Made by a program: the position numbers and the translations under genes. From Candidatus Nomurabacteria bacterium (GTDB taxonomy: Bacteria; Patescibacteriota; Minisyncoccia; Phycocordibacterales; CAIZLB01), in contig CALRFG010000006.1 of the NCBI GenBank assembly GCA_943356525.1, positions 4,024-68,023 of the forward strand: DNA of 64,000 bases, in the 5' to 3' direction. The notes below the pieces were generated by a model that searched no databases, was not told the origin of the DNA, and saw nothing but the letters and a program-made list of their open reading frames with translations. How positions within the stretch are numbered: position 1 is the stretch's first letter; every line of letters begins with the position of its first letter. Shown here piece by piece: positions 20,134-27,618 of this stretch.

Positions 20134-21186
20134 TTATTTTTCGGCTATTACATGATATTTACCTGATGAATCCTTTTTAAAGGCAGAAGAGTTTTGTAAA
20201 TTAACCAATATAGTGTTCTCTTTTACATATCTCTCTTTCATAACTTTATCAAATATCTCCTCTCTTGTCATGGGACCGTTTTTATTTAACACTTTAACTA
20301 TAACGTCTTTTACTACACCTGAGACATAACCCCATTCTGCCAAGGCGTATAGACCTCGTCCAACGAGAACAAATCTATTATCTTTTATAAGCTCATTGTG
20401 AGTAGTAGCTTCATGTGCTCTTTTACCAAATACACTTTGTATCAATTTAGCTATTTCTTTGAAGTGAACAGGTGACCCATGTTTTCTCATGGCAAGGTAT
20501 GCATAATCTCTTATACCTTTAACTTTCACATTAGTAGACGCTGACTTGCCCCATTCACCTAAGGGGTTTTTATCAATATGTTTTGATATACGTAGCCATC
20601 TTTTTGATATTTCGTCATTTTTCAGCTCTTCTGATATATCTTTAACGTTATCCATGAACGCTTTTATCATTTCATTTTCTGGTATTAATGAATTATCATC
20701 CAAGTTTACATAAAGCTTCTTAAGTGCGTCATGTATCTTTTTTGATAAATCAGAGTCAACGTGCCATCTGTGGTGAAACTCCTCAGTTTCTTTTTCTTTC
20801 TTAAATTCATCACCTATTATCAATAAAAAATGATAATGATTTTGTGTTGATTCGTCACGAGATAAATGGTTTAACAAATCATGCTCGGCCATAATACCTC
20901 CAATCTTTTTAATATATAGAGCCAATTCTTCGAAAACCTTAGCTTCTTCCTTAAAGACTGTAGACTTACGTATTGTAATGATGGAATTAGCTTCTATCTG
21001 TCTAACTCTTTCTCGGGTTATATCATAATTTTCTCCAATAGCCTCAAGTGTCATTTTTTCAATATTTTTATCAAGACCGAAACGATGTGAAATAATTACC
21101 CTTGAACGTTCAGGTATAGCTGATAATAATTTTTTAGTTACATTTTTCACTTTAAATGAAAATGTAGGTGTTGAAGTATTTACCAT
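20134..21186 (-). CDS. Protein with N-terminal sigma-70 region 4 HTH domain and C-terminal HARE-HTH-like (RNAP delta-like) domain
   Basis: N-terminal LSAIPERSRVIISHRFGLDKN..MTLEAIGENYDITRERVRQIEANSI matches RpoD region 4.2 closely. C-terminal FVLVGRGLYALAEWGY resembles the HARE-HTH G..WGL..W signature. Embedded in the ribosomal alpha operon, immediately upstream of rpsM. Confidence 0.5.
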   Translation of the reverse strand: MVNTSTPTFSFKVKNVTKKLLSAIPERSRVIISHRFGLDKNIEKMTLEAIGENYDITRERVRQIEANSIITIRKSTVFKEEAKVFEELALYIKKIGGIMAEHDLLNHLSRDESTQNHYHFLLIIGDEFKKEKETEEFHHRWHVDSDLSKKIHDALKKLYVNLDDNSLIPENEMIKAFMDNVKDISEELKNDEISKRWLRISKHIDKNPLGEWGKSASTNVKVKGIRDYAYLAMRKHGSPVHFKEIAKLIQSVFGKRAHEATTHNELIKDNRFVLVGRGLYALAEWGYVSGVVKDVIVKVLNKNGPMTREEIFDKVMKERYVKENTILVNLQNSSAFKKDSSGKYHVIAEK

Positions 21187-21647
21187 AATGTTTTTACATT
21201 TTTATCATATTTGTTGATATAAGTCAAATCTAGGTCAAGTGTTTTGTCAAGGACGTCGTAAGTTTTGGTTTCAAGGACATATAAGACATTGCCTTGTGGA
21301 TAAAAGACATTTGGATAAGTATCGGGTCGAATGTCCTTTAAAACGAAGTCCAAACTTAGATCTTTTTTAAACCAATATACATTTATAGGAAAATTCATAT
21401 CTTTCATCCATATACCAGCCTTATACTCTTTATCAAAAATAAACAGCATTCCAAACCCTGGGAATAAGAACTTTTTGCCCGACAGACCTTTGATTCTTTC
21501 ATCTTCATTATCTGCTATTTTAACGACCAAATTTTTACTCTTGCCTTCTCCGTTTTTTAATATCAAAAGACCATATTGATGATTAAACGTTAAAGAACAT
21601 ATTATTATAAAACTTAGCAAAAATCTCATATATTCATTATAAAACAA
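21180..21647 (-). CDS. DUF192-family protein
   Basis: N-terminal signal/TM segment. Characteristic ERIKGLSG..GMLFIFDKEYKAGIWMKDMNFPIN motifs (GLM / GMLF / FWMK pattern). Confidence 0.6.
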   Translation of the reverse strand: MFYNEYMRFLLSFIIICSLTFNHQYGLLILKNGEGKSKNLVVKIADNEDERIKGLSGKKFLFPGFGMLFIFDKEYKAGIWMKDMNFPINVYWFKKDLSLDFVLKDIRPDTYPNVFYPQGNVLYVLETKTYDVLDKTLDLDLTYINKYDKNVKTLW

Positions 21648-21658
21648 AAAACAAGGTT

Positions 21659-21781
21659 TTACCCTTGTTTTGCGTTTCGTTTACGATTGGCCTTATTTAT
21701 ACGATATAGATGTTTTCCACGACGCACAATAAACTCCCCTTGGCGAAGGTCTGCTTTTTTAAGTGAAGATAATAATTTCAT
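21659..21781 (-). CDS. rpmJ: 50S ribosomal protein L36, non-zinc (YkgO-like) form; absent from the ORF track (<60 aa)
   Basis: Hand translation gives MKLLSSLKKADLRQGEFIVRRGKHLYRINKANRKRNAKQG. This matches the Cys-less L36 paralog pattern [35 protein letters not shown]. ATG at 21781-21779, TAA at 21661-21659. Confidence 0.75.
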   Translation of the reverse strand: MKLLSSLKKADLRQGEFIVRRGKHLYRINKANRKRNAKQG

Positions 21782-21832
21782 AATGAATAGAATATAACAT
21801 TAATTAGATATTAATTCAAGCTTTAATCAAGT

Positions 21833-22312
21833 CTACCTAGTAACAGATATATCTGGCTGTATTTCACCTGCAGCAGATATTGTAATTCTACCTCCTGTAT
21901 CTACATATAATGAATAGCCGGTAAAGTAATCATCTTCATTTATGTAATAGGCTGAAGTGTTTCCTGGCTCATGAGGAAGTTTTGGTAAATATTCAGGTAT
22001 CAAACAGTCAGCAAGATTTATACCATCTATTGATAATCCTGATGATATGCCGTAGTGAATACCTTGTGGTAGAGTTCTAACCGTACCATCACAAAAAACC
22101 ATACCTTCGTGATCAGCAATATTTTGCCCTATGGCATTCAATATAGTGTTTACATTGGCTACACGTTGAGAATCACGAGCTTGTTTAAACTGACGTGAAG
22201 GGTTTACAGCCACAAGTACAACGGTAGCAAGTATACCGATGATACCTATAACCACCAGTATTTCAATAAGAGTAAAACCTTTTTGTTTTATTTGTTTTTT
22301 ATTTATATTCAT
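21833..22312 (-). CDS. Type IV pilin / pseudopilin (prepilin with class III signal)
   Basis: N-terminal KQKGFTLIEILVVIGIIGILATVVLV: the prepilin peptidase site G|FTLIE with Glu at +5. Confidence 0.8.
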   Translation of the reverse strand: MNINKKQIKQKGFTLIEILVVIGIIGILATVVLVAVNPSRQFKQARDSQRVANVNTILNAIGQNIADHEGMVFCDGTVRTLPQGIHYGISSGLSIDGINLADCLIPEYLPKLPHEPGNTSAYYINEDDYFTGYSLYVDTGGRITISAAGEIQPDISVTR

Positions 22313-22365
22313 ATTTTTTATTTTTTTTAATTAATTGATAATGAATATATAATAAACAAAAGAGG

Positions 22366-22836
22366 TTAAAGTAATCTAAAAGATTTGCTGAAGTTTACGA
22401 AACCATTTTTAAGTTGATATTCAAAGCTATAATCACCAGAGATAAAGAAAATATATTTAAGGCCGGTATTATTATCGAAAGTAATACTTATTTTTTTGAT
22501 ATTGCATTTGTGACTATCTGCAAAATAAAGATTTCGATCAAAATCATAAGCTTGGCCTATAAAACCAAGATTATACCTTGAACCTATGAGAATATTCATA
22601 AATGCATCGGAGCAGAGTATGTGATTGTGTAATGTTGTCCTATTTTCAACAAACTCTTTTTTAATATAAATATATTCGAATACTCTTTCTGAACTTAATG
22701 ATATCCAAGTTAGAAAAGTAAAAGATATACCAAGTACGAAGAATAATGCTATAAAGCCATTTTTATGTTGTTTGTGTATTGTTTTTTTCATGTGATTTGA
22801 AAAGATTTTATTATTTGATAATATTGTTGTTAACAA
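22366..22836 (-). CDS. Hypothetical membrane protein
   Basis: One TM helix near the N-terminus. Sits next to the pilin gene. No canonical prepilin motif. Confidence 0.3.
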   Translation of the reverse strand: MLTTILSNNKIFSNHMKKTIHKQHKNGFIALFFVLGISFTFLTWISLSSERVFEYIYIKKEFVENRTTLHNHILCSDAFMNILIGSRYNLGFIGQAYDFDRNLYFADSHKCNIKKISITFDNNTGLKYIFFISGDYSFEYQLKNGFVNFSKSFRLL

Positions 22837-22988
22837 AGCTCCGAAAGGATCCGAGAAAACTCTCTGTAAAAGGAGGGTTTTCGATTTTTAATGGATATCA
22901 TTTTTTATGTTGATTATTTTCCATACCCGAATATTAACAAAACACCCATCAAGAAAAACAAAAGAAAAGATAAAGGAAAGATAAAGTG

Positions 22989-23017
22989 TTGCTTTCATCC
23001 TTAAAAAATAGTATATT
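22989..23017 (+). promoter_or_regulatory. Sigma-70-like promoter for the tRNA operon (TTGCTT-17 bp-TATATT)
   Basis: -35 element at 22989-22994 and -10 element at 23012-23017, with the -10 ending 10 nt before tRNA-Ala position 1. Confidence 0.5.
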
Positions 23018-23027
23018 ACTATGTATT

Positions 23028-23100
23028 GGGCCCGTAGCTTAGTTGGTAGAGCGCCTCATTTGCACTGAGGAGGTCAGGAGTTCGAATCCCCTCGGGTCCA
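23028..23100 (+). tRNA. tRNA-Ala (anticodon TGC)
   Basis: Cloverleaf folded by hand. Acceptor GGGCCCG/CGGGTCC with the G3:U70 Ala identity pair. Anticodon loop TTTGCAC. No encoded CCA. Confidence 0.88.
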
Positions 23101-23126
23101 CACGCTTATTAGCATTGAATATATAA

Positions 23127-23199
23127 CCGCCTATAGCTCAGTTGGTAGAGCAGTCGCCTCTTAAGCGAACGGTCATAGGTTCAAATCCTATTAGGCGGA
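23127..23199 (+). tRNA. tRNA-Lys (anticodon CTT)
   Basis: Acceptor CCGCCTA/TAGGCGG. D-arm GCTCAGTTGGTAGAGC. Anticodon loop CTCTTAA. T-arm ATAGGTTCAAATCCTAT. Confidence 0.85.
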
Positions 23200-23218
23200 C
23201 AAGGTAGTTATTTAATAT

Positions 23219-23303
23219 GGGCAAGTGGCGGAATTGGTATACGCGCTAGTCTTAGGAACTAGTTCTTCACGGATTGAGGGTTCGAGTCCCTCCTTGCCCA
23301 CCA
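23219..23303 (+). tRNA. tRNA-Leu (anticodon TAG), class II with long variable arm, CCA encoded
   Basis: Acceptor GGGCAAG/CTTGCCC. Anticodon stem CTAGT/ACTAG with loop CTTAGGA. T-arm GAGGGTTCGAGTCCCTC. 3' ACCA. Confidence 0.88.
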
Positions 23304-23453
23304 TAAAATAAAACTTCACGAAAGTGGAGTTTTATTTTTGTGGGTAAAAGGATGTGCAGAGTTGCACATCCGTGAGGGACTCGAAAAGCTTTGCTATATT
23401 TTTGAGGATCCTTAGTCCGAGAAAATTGCAAAGGTATACTGACCTCGTAGAGG

Positions 23454-23473
23454 TCGAGTCCCTCCTTGCCCAC
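23454..23473 (+). repeat. 20-nt exact copy of the tRNA-Leu 3' end (TCGAGTCCCTCCTTGCCCAC), 172 bp downstream of the original
   Basis: Identical to 23282-23301. Embedded in a hairpin-rich region (GGATGTGCA-gagt-TGCACATCC) with flanking terminators at about 23308-23340 and 23488-23515. Confidence 0.7.
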
Positions 23474-23602
23474 AAAATACAAAAAAGTAGCTTTAAATAG
23501 CTGCTTTTTTGCTTTATAAGGCTTTATTGGGGATAAACTTGCTTTTTTACTTAAAAAGTGATATAATAATTAGGTAAATACCCTTGCCTTGGTAGGTGAG
23601 GG

Positions 23603-24730
23603 ATGAAATTTGAACAAAAAAAACGAACAAAGAAAGATACTAAAATGACAATATGGATAAAACAAAAGTTAATCTATTTAAAAAATATAGATTTTTCAGA
23701 ATCAAAATGGCTTGCAATTTTTTCAATTACCGCATTATTGATAATTTATTGGATAACAAAAGATATTGCTATCACGGCGATGCTCTTACTATCAATCGTG
23801 ATTTATTTGGGATGGATTTTGTCACCTAGGATTATTATGTTTATGGTTTACCAGTTGATAGTTAGTACCTTAGTTTGGTATTTTCTAGACCAATATTGGT
23901 TACCCTTGATTTCAAATGCATGGGATTGGTTGAATAATTCTTTAAAAGCAGTAACCTGTACAGCGCTCGTTGGTTTATCAGTTTATTCAATTTTCTCATG
24001 CTGGGACGATGAAACATTAGGGGCAACTGATCTAGGTCACTGGTCTATATCAGAGTGGTTACCTAAAGAAAAGTGGGCTTCAAATCTTAAAAATGGCCCT
24101 CTAGGAGTATTCACAGGTTTACCAGCGTGGCTGGTTTCAATTAAGAAAATTCCTGGTATAGTAACACCTGTTAAAAAAACATTTGTTATACAAGTTGAAA
24201 TAGACGGCGACCCACTCAACAGAAAGTTTGCAGCTGTTTTCGATACAAGTTTTAACGAGCAAGTTAAAGATACACTGAAAACGCTTTTGGTACCAAGTAA
24301 ACTATCTGACTTGGAAAAAATATTTGAAAAAAGCCTTACAGATTGGTTAAATGCAAATAAGTATACTGATGTAAAAGGTCTAAAAGCTGACATTGTGAAT
24401 ATTCAAAAGAATGTACTTAAATCATTGGATGACGCTGAAGTAATTTATGGTAAAAAAATGTCTGACCCTAGGGTTATCGATATTCAACTACCGGAAGATA
24501 TTATTACTCAACAAATCGTGGAAGCTAAGGAAATCACTGACCTTGAAGGGTTCATAGAGCAATCTAAAAAACTCTGGCTTCAGTTCCCTAAAATGTCAGA
24601 TAAGGATATTGCTGACCTAATCTTAACACTAAGAGGAATCAATAAGAAAACTACGTTTAATACTACCGGGGGTAGCGGTGGAAATAAGAAAAATAGCAAG
24701 GCAGCAGCAACGCCCGTTGTCATTATCTAA
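23603..24730 (+). CDS. Hypothetical polytopic membrane protein with C-terminal soluble domain
   Basis: About 4-5 hydrophobic helices in the first 190 aa. Gly/Lys-rich C-terminal tail. Confidence 0.4.
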   Translation: MKFEQKKRTKKDTKMTIWIKQKLIYLKNIDFSESKWLAIFSITALLIIYWITKDIAITAMLLLSIVIYLGWILSPRIIMFMVYQLIVSTLVWYFLDQYWLPLISNAWDWLNNSLKAVTCTALVGLSVYSIFSCWDDETLGATDLGHWSISEWLPKEKWASNLKNGPLGVFTGLPAWLVSIKKIPGIVTPVKKTFVIQVEIDGDPLNRKFAAVFDTSFNEQVKDTLKTLLVPSKLSDLEKIFEKSLTDWLNANKYTDVKGLKADIVNIQKNVLKSLDDAEVIYGKKMSDPRVIDIQLPEDIITQQIVEAKEITDLEGFIEQSKKLWLQFPKMSDKDIADLILTLRGINKKTTFNTTGGSGGNKKNSKAAATPVVII

Positions 24731-24741
24731 CCTTGTTTCAA

Positions 24742-24783
24742 AACCCTGCAGGACTCTAACCAGTCTTGCAGGGTATTTTTATT
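24742..24783 (+). terminator. Rho-independent terminator
   Basis: CCCTGCAGGACT-loop-AGTCTTGCAGGG followed by a T-run. Confidence 0.6.
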
Positions 24784-24787
24784 ATAG

Positions 24788-24816
24788 TTGACACAAAATT
24801 TATAATATGATATAAT
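24788..24816 (+). promoter_or_regulatory. Consensus sigma-70 promoter TTGACA-17 bp-TATAAT
   Basis: Perfect -35 (24788-24793) and -10 (24811-24816) hexamers with a 17-bp spacer, 33 bp upstream of the 24850 start. Confidence 0.6.
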
Positions 24817-24849
24817 AAACAAGTAAACTGGACATTATACAAAAATGAT

Positions 24850-25377
24850 ATGAAAAAAATTAGAATTAGAAATGCAGTCATAAAGGTCTTTACGGTATTC
24901 GCGGCAATCTTTTTCATGAAAACGTTAGTTTTCAACAAAAAAGAGGTTACGGAGATTTCAAAACCACAACAATCCCCACCCCTCTCTGCTGAAGTCCCTG
25001 AACCACAACCTGTGCAACCGAAACCTTGGGTGTTTGATCGTCAAACGGTCAACCCAAAAAATAACTCGAGAATGGATTGGTCGGTTCCGACAACGAGCCT
25101 AAACCAAGCCACGGAGTGGTTTAACGTAGAAAATGTATCCTATTGGGGCTATCGGGTAAAATCTGATTGCCTTATCGAATACAAGTTCAAGGATATTACC
25201 AGGAAAAACGTAGTGGTAAAAATTGAGTATAAAAACTCTAACCATTACACCGAAGGCACTACTGAGCTTTGGAAACCTGATCGACTACTGGAGGTGGTAG
25301 ACAATACAGCAGAAATGCGTTTTATACCCCTCCCTGGTCAATCGTTGGTCGGACCGACTATTTATAGGTCTGAATAA
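24850..25377 (+). CDS. Hypothetical secreted or membrane-anchored protein
   Basis: N-terminal hydrophobic segment. Pro/Gln-rich linker. Confidence 0.35.
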   Translation: MKKIRIRNAVIKVFTVFAAIFFMKTLVFNKKEVTEISKPQQSPPLSAEVPEPQPVQPKPWVFDRQTVNPKNNSRMDWSVPTTSLNQATEWFNVENVSYWGYRVKSDCLIEYKFKDITRKNVVVKIEYKNSNHYTEGTTELWKPDRLLEVVDNTAEMRFIPLPGQSLVGPTIYRSE

Positions 25378-25401
25378 CATCACTGATCACAATTGATCAA
25401 A

Positions 25402-25440
25402 AAGCGCCCCCTGTTTACAGGTGTGGCGCTATTTTTTTTA
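25402..25440. terminator. Bidirectional rho-independent terminator
   Basis: AGCGCCCCCTGT-ttac-AGGTGTGGCGCT flanked by an A-run and a T-run. Between convergent genes. Confidence 0.6.
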
Positions 25441-25454
25441 TATAATTTATTAAT

Positions 25455-25754
25455 CTAATTATCATCTATATTTAAAACTCTGTTAACATTGTCTTTAGTT
25501 CTATCACTTGTTGGAACACTATTTAATATAAGTTTAAATAAACCAAACACCGATATCATAATAAACATTCCAAACAACCCCCAACCTATATGCAACCTTC
25601 CTTCTTTTATTTTTCCTGGATCTGATTGTGATTTATATATATATTCAAAAACTCCATAGATAAAATATATAAATGCTACAGCAAATAATAAAATAATAAT
25701 TGGATTTATAATAATTTGATTTATATTTGACAGTATAGAGTATACTTTTTGCAT
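25455..25754 (-). CDS. Small two-helix membrane protein, paralog E of the VirB2/TrbC-pilin-like family
   Basis: Hydrophobic helix, charged loop (KSQSDPGKIKEGR), then a second helix with GWGLFGMFIMISVFGL. Shares the xWG..V..V.VWGL motif with the neighbouring paralogs. Confidence 0.4.
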   Translation of the reverse strand: MQKVYSILSNINQIIINPIIILLFAVAFIYFIYGVFEYIYKSQSDPGKIKEGRLHIGWGLFGMFIMISVFGLFKLILNSVPTSDRTKDNVNRVLNIDDN

Positions 25755-25830
25755 ATAACATAATCATACAATAAAAAAAGACTTGAGGCTATAAACCTCA
25801 AATCTTTTTTATTAAACTAACTAAAGAAAT

Positions 25831-26220
25831 CTATCTTGAAGGAGGGGTAGCGTAAGGAGCTTGTTGTACTGGGACAGCAGGTGCTACTGGTATATTTGAG
25901 TTATCAAGGTTAAATGATCCTCTCAAAAGGTTTACAAGTCCCCAAACTGACACCATAACAAATAATGCAACTACACCCCACAATATATATTTTCCAGCCT
26001 CTGCCCTATCTGCCCCGTCTTTTCCTCCTAGGAAAAATCTTTTCACTATACCAAGTAAAAATAATACAAGTGCTGCCAATATAAGAAGTGGTAATGCACG
26101 TCCTGCTATGTATATAACCCAGTTAAGTAAGCCATCAATAGTTCTAGCTATAGGGGCTTCTGTTTGAGCAAGAACAAGAGCTGGTGCAAATGTTGCTAAA
26201 AGTGATAATATTTTTTTCAT
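25831..26220 (-). CDS. Small secreted two-helix protein, paralog D (VirB2/TrbC-pilin-like topology)
   Basis: Signal peptide MKKILSLLATFAPALVLAQ. Helix 1, loop KRFFLGGKDGADRAEAGKY, helix 2 ILWGVVALFVMVSVWGLVNLL. Confidence 0.45.
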   Translation of the reverse strand: MKKILSLLATFAPALVLAQTEAPIARTIDGLLNWVIYIAGRALPLLILAALVLFLLGIVKRFFLGGKDGADRAEAGKYILWGVVALFVMVSVWGLVNLLRGSFNLDNSNIPVAPAVPVQQAPYATPPSR

Positions 26221-26274
26221 GTTTTTTTTGTAAATTTATGATTTTATTTAATTTATAATTATGTTTTTATTATA

Positions 26275-26829
26275 CTACTTTAGTTGTGGAACAATCAAGT
26301 TACCACTGCCAAATAAAGTAAATTGAAGTATTCTAACAAGTCCCCAAACAGACACCATAACAAAGAGTGATACAATACCCCAGAACATAAACTTTCTAGC
26401 TTGCTCGCGAGCTTCTGGTTTTTGTCCATCAACAAAAGATAGTCTTAGTATTCCATACAGGAACATAACCAAAGCTGCTCCGATGATAACGTAAACAAGC
26501 TGATTCATGATTCCAACTAGCCATAAAACAACACCCTCGAGAGAAAGTTTTGGTACACCACTAGCTCCAGGAGTATAGTTTGGTTTTTGATTTAGTTCTG
26601 AATATTCACCTCTGTTTAAACCAGCACCTAAAGCGCTGTTACCGTCACCACCACCCATCATAATGTTTGCATCATATGAATCAGCTCCTCCACCAAACAT
26701 AGAGGAATCAGCTCCTCCACCAAACATAGAGGAATCAGCTCCTCCACCGTTATCAAAAGCATCCTCTATAGACTGTGCCCCGGCTCCAACCCCACTCAAC
26801 ATAATCATTATTATTAAAATTTTTTTCAT
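26275..26829 (-). CDS. Small secreted two-helix protein, paralog C, with Gly-rich GGGADSSMF tandem repeats
   Basis: Signal peptide. Repeats, then the same two-helix core (FMFWGIVSLFVMVSVWGLVRIL). Confidence 0.45.
   Translation of the reverse strand: MKKILIIMIMLSGVGAGAQSIEDAFDNGGGADSSMFGGGADSSMFGGGADSYDANIMMGGGDGNSALGAGLNRGEYSELNQKPNYTPGASGVPKLSLEGVVLWLVGIMNQLVYVIIGAALVMFLYGILRLSFVDGQKPEAREQARKFMFWGIVSLFVMVSVWGLVRILQFTLFGSGNLIVPQLK
26680..26749. repeat. 27-bp tandem repeat (about 2.6 copies) inside paralog C, encoding GGGADSSMF
   Basis: Unit ATCAGCTCCTCCACCAAACATAGAGGA repeated head-to-tail at 26680, 26707 and partially at 26734. Confidence 0.7.
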
Positions 26830-26856
26830 ATTTATATTATTATATTTAATTATTAT

Positions 26857-27234
26857 TTATTTTCCTTTGAATACCTCTTTAACTGTATCACCTATACCCA
26901 GAGCTAAAACCTCTGCTGTCAATATAAGCGCAGCACCTACAAGACCCCAAAGTAATGCATTCTGGGCTTTTTTAAGTTTTGCAGGATCACCTTTTGCAGT
27001 AACAAACATAAAACCTGCATACAATAGATATAACGTTGCGACCATTATCATTATAGTTTGAGCTACATCTAAAATATTCATAAAGATAGTTCTTAAGTCA
27101 GTACCTCCTGCTGTACCATCGCCTATAGGTGGAGTTAAAAAACCGTCTCCTCTAGTTTGTTTTGTCTGAGCAAACATAAAAACCGGTGTAGTTATTGTAA
27201 TAAATGCAATAATTTTTTGAATATTTTTTTTCAT
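26857..27234 (-). CDS. Small secreted two-helix protein, paralog B
   Basis: Signal peptide MKKNIQKIIAFITITTPVFMFAQ. Two hydrophobic helices separated by KGDPAKLKKAQN, with WGLVGAALIL. Confidence 0.45.
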   Translation of the reverse strand: MKKNIQKIIAFITITTPVFMFAQTKQTRGDGFLTPPIGDGTAGGTDLRTIFMNILDVAQTIMIMVATLYLLYAGFMFVTAKGDPAKLKKAQNALLWGLVGAALILTAEVLALGIGDTVKEVFKGK

Positions 27235-27254
27235 ATTTGTATTATACTTTAAGT

Positions 27255-27599
27255 TTATCTTTTAGGTAATGAATCCTGTCTAAATTCTGCATTTACACCA
27301 AGACTATCCAATGCAAATTCAACTATATAATAAGCACCTATTAACAAAATCATTCCAATAACTATATTTAAAAATATACTTTTAGCGCGACTACGTGACT
27401 GAGGAGAACCTTCACCTTTTACTAAAACAAAACCTGCATAAAATATCATAATTGTGGCAATAAAAACACCTAGCAATATAATATTTTGCAATAACTCATT
27501 TATAATGGGACCTAAATCTTTCCAACCGCAACCACCTAAATAAGGATCAGCTTTTTCCCCATTTCCAAAACATACGGATAAACTTTCAAATAATTGCAT
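27255..27599 (-). CDS. Small two-helix membrane protein, paralog A
   Basis: Two hydrophobic helices separated by KGEGSPQSRSRAKS. N-terminus lacks a clear signal peptide, so the start is uncertain. Confidence 0.35.
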   Translation of the reverse strand: MQLFESLSVCFGNGEKADPYLGGCGWKDLGPIINELLQNIILLGVFIATIMIFYAGFVLVKGEGSPQSRSRAKSIFLNIVIGMILLIGAYYIVEFALDSLGVNAEFRQDSLPKR

Positions 27600-27618
27600 A
27601 TGTATTTATATTATCATA

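Noticed and set aside
23340-23476. Considered tmRNA or an intron-containing tRNA-Leu for the tRNA-like segment
   Set aside because: About 135 nt is too short for tmRNA (no tag reading frame ending ...AA-stop) and too short for a group I intron. The upstream tRNA-Leu is already complete and uninterrupted.
23267-23482. 71-aa minus-strand ORF in the tRNA-Leu downstream region
   Set aside because: It overlaps the tRNA-Leu gene and the tRNA-like duplicate. Its sequence (…GGQGGTRTLNP) is just the reverse complement of tRNA structure. Almost certainly non-coding.
26663-27061. 132-aa plus-strand ORF with SAPPPNIEE repeats
   Set aside because: It is antisense to pilin-like paralog C. The repeats are the reverse-complement reading of the 27-bp tandem repeat. 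The minus-strand gene has a signal peptide and family resemblance, so that one is real.
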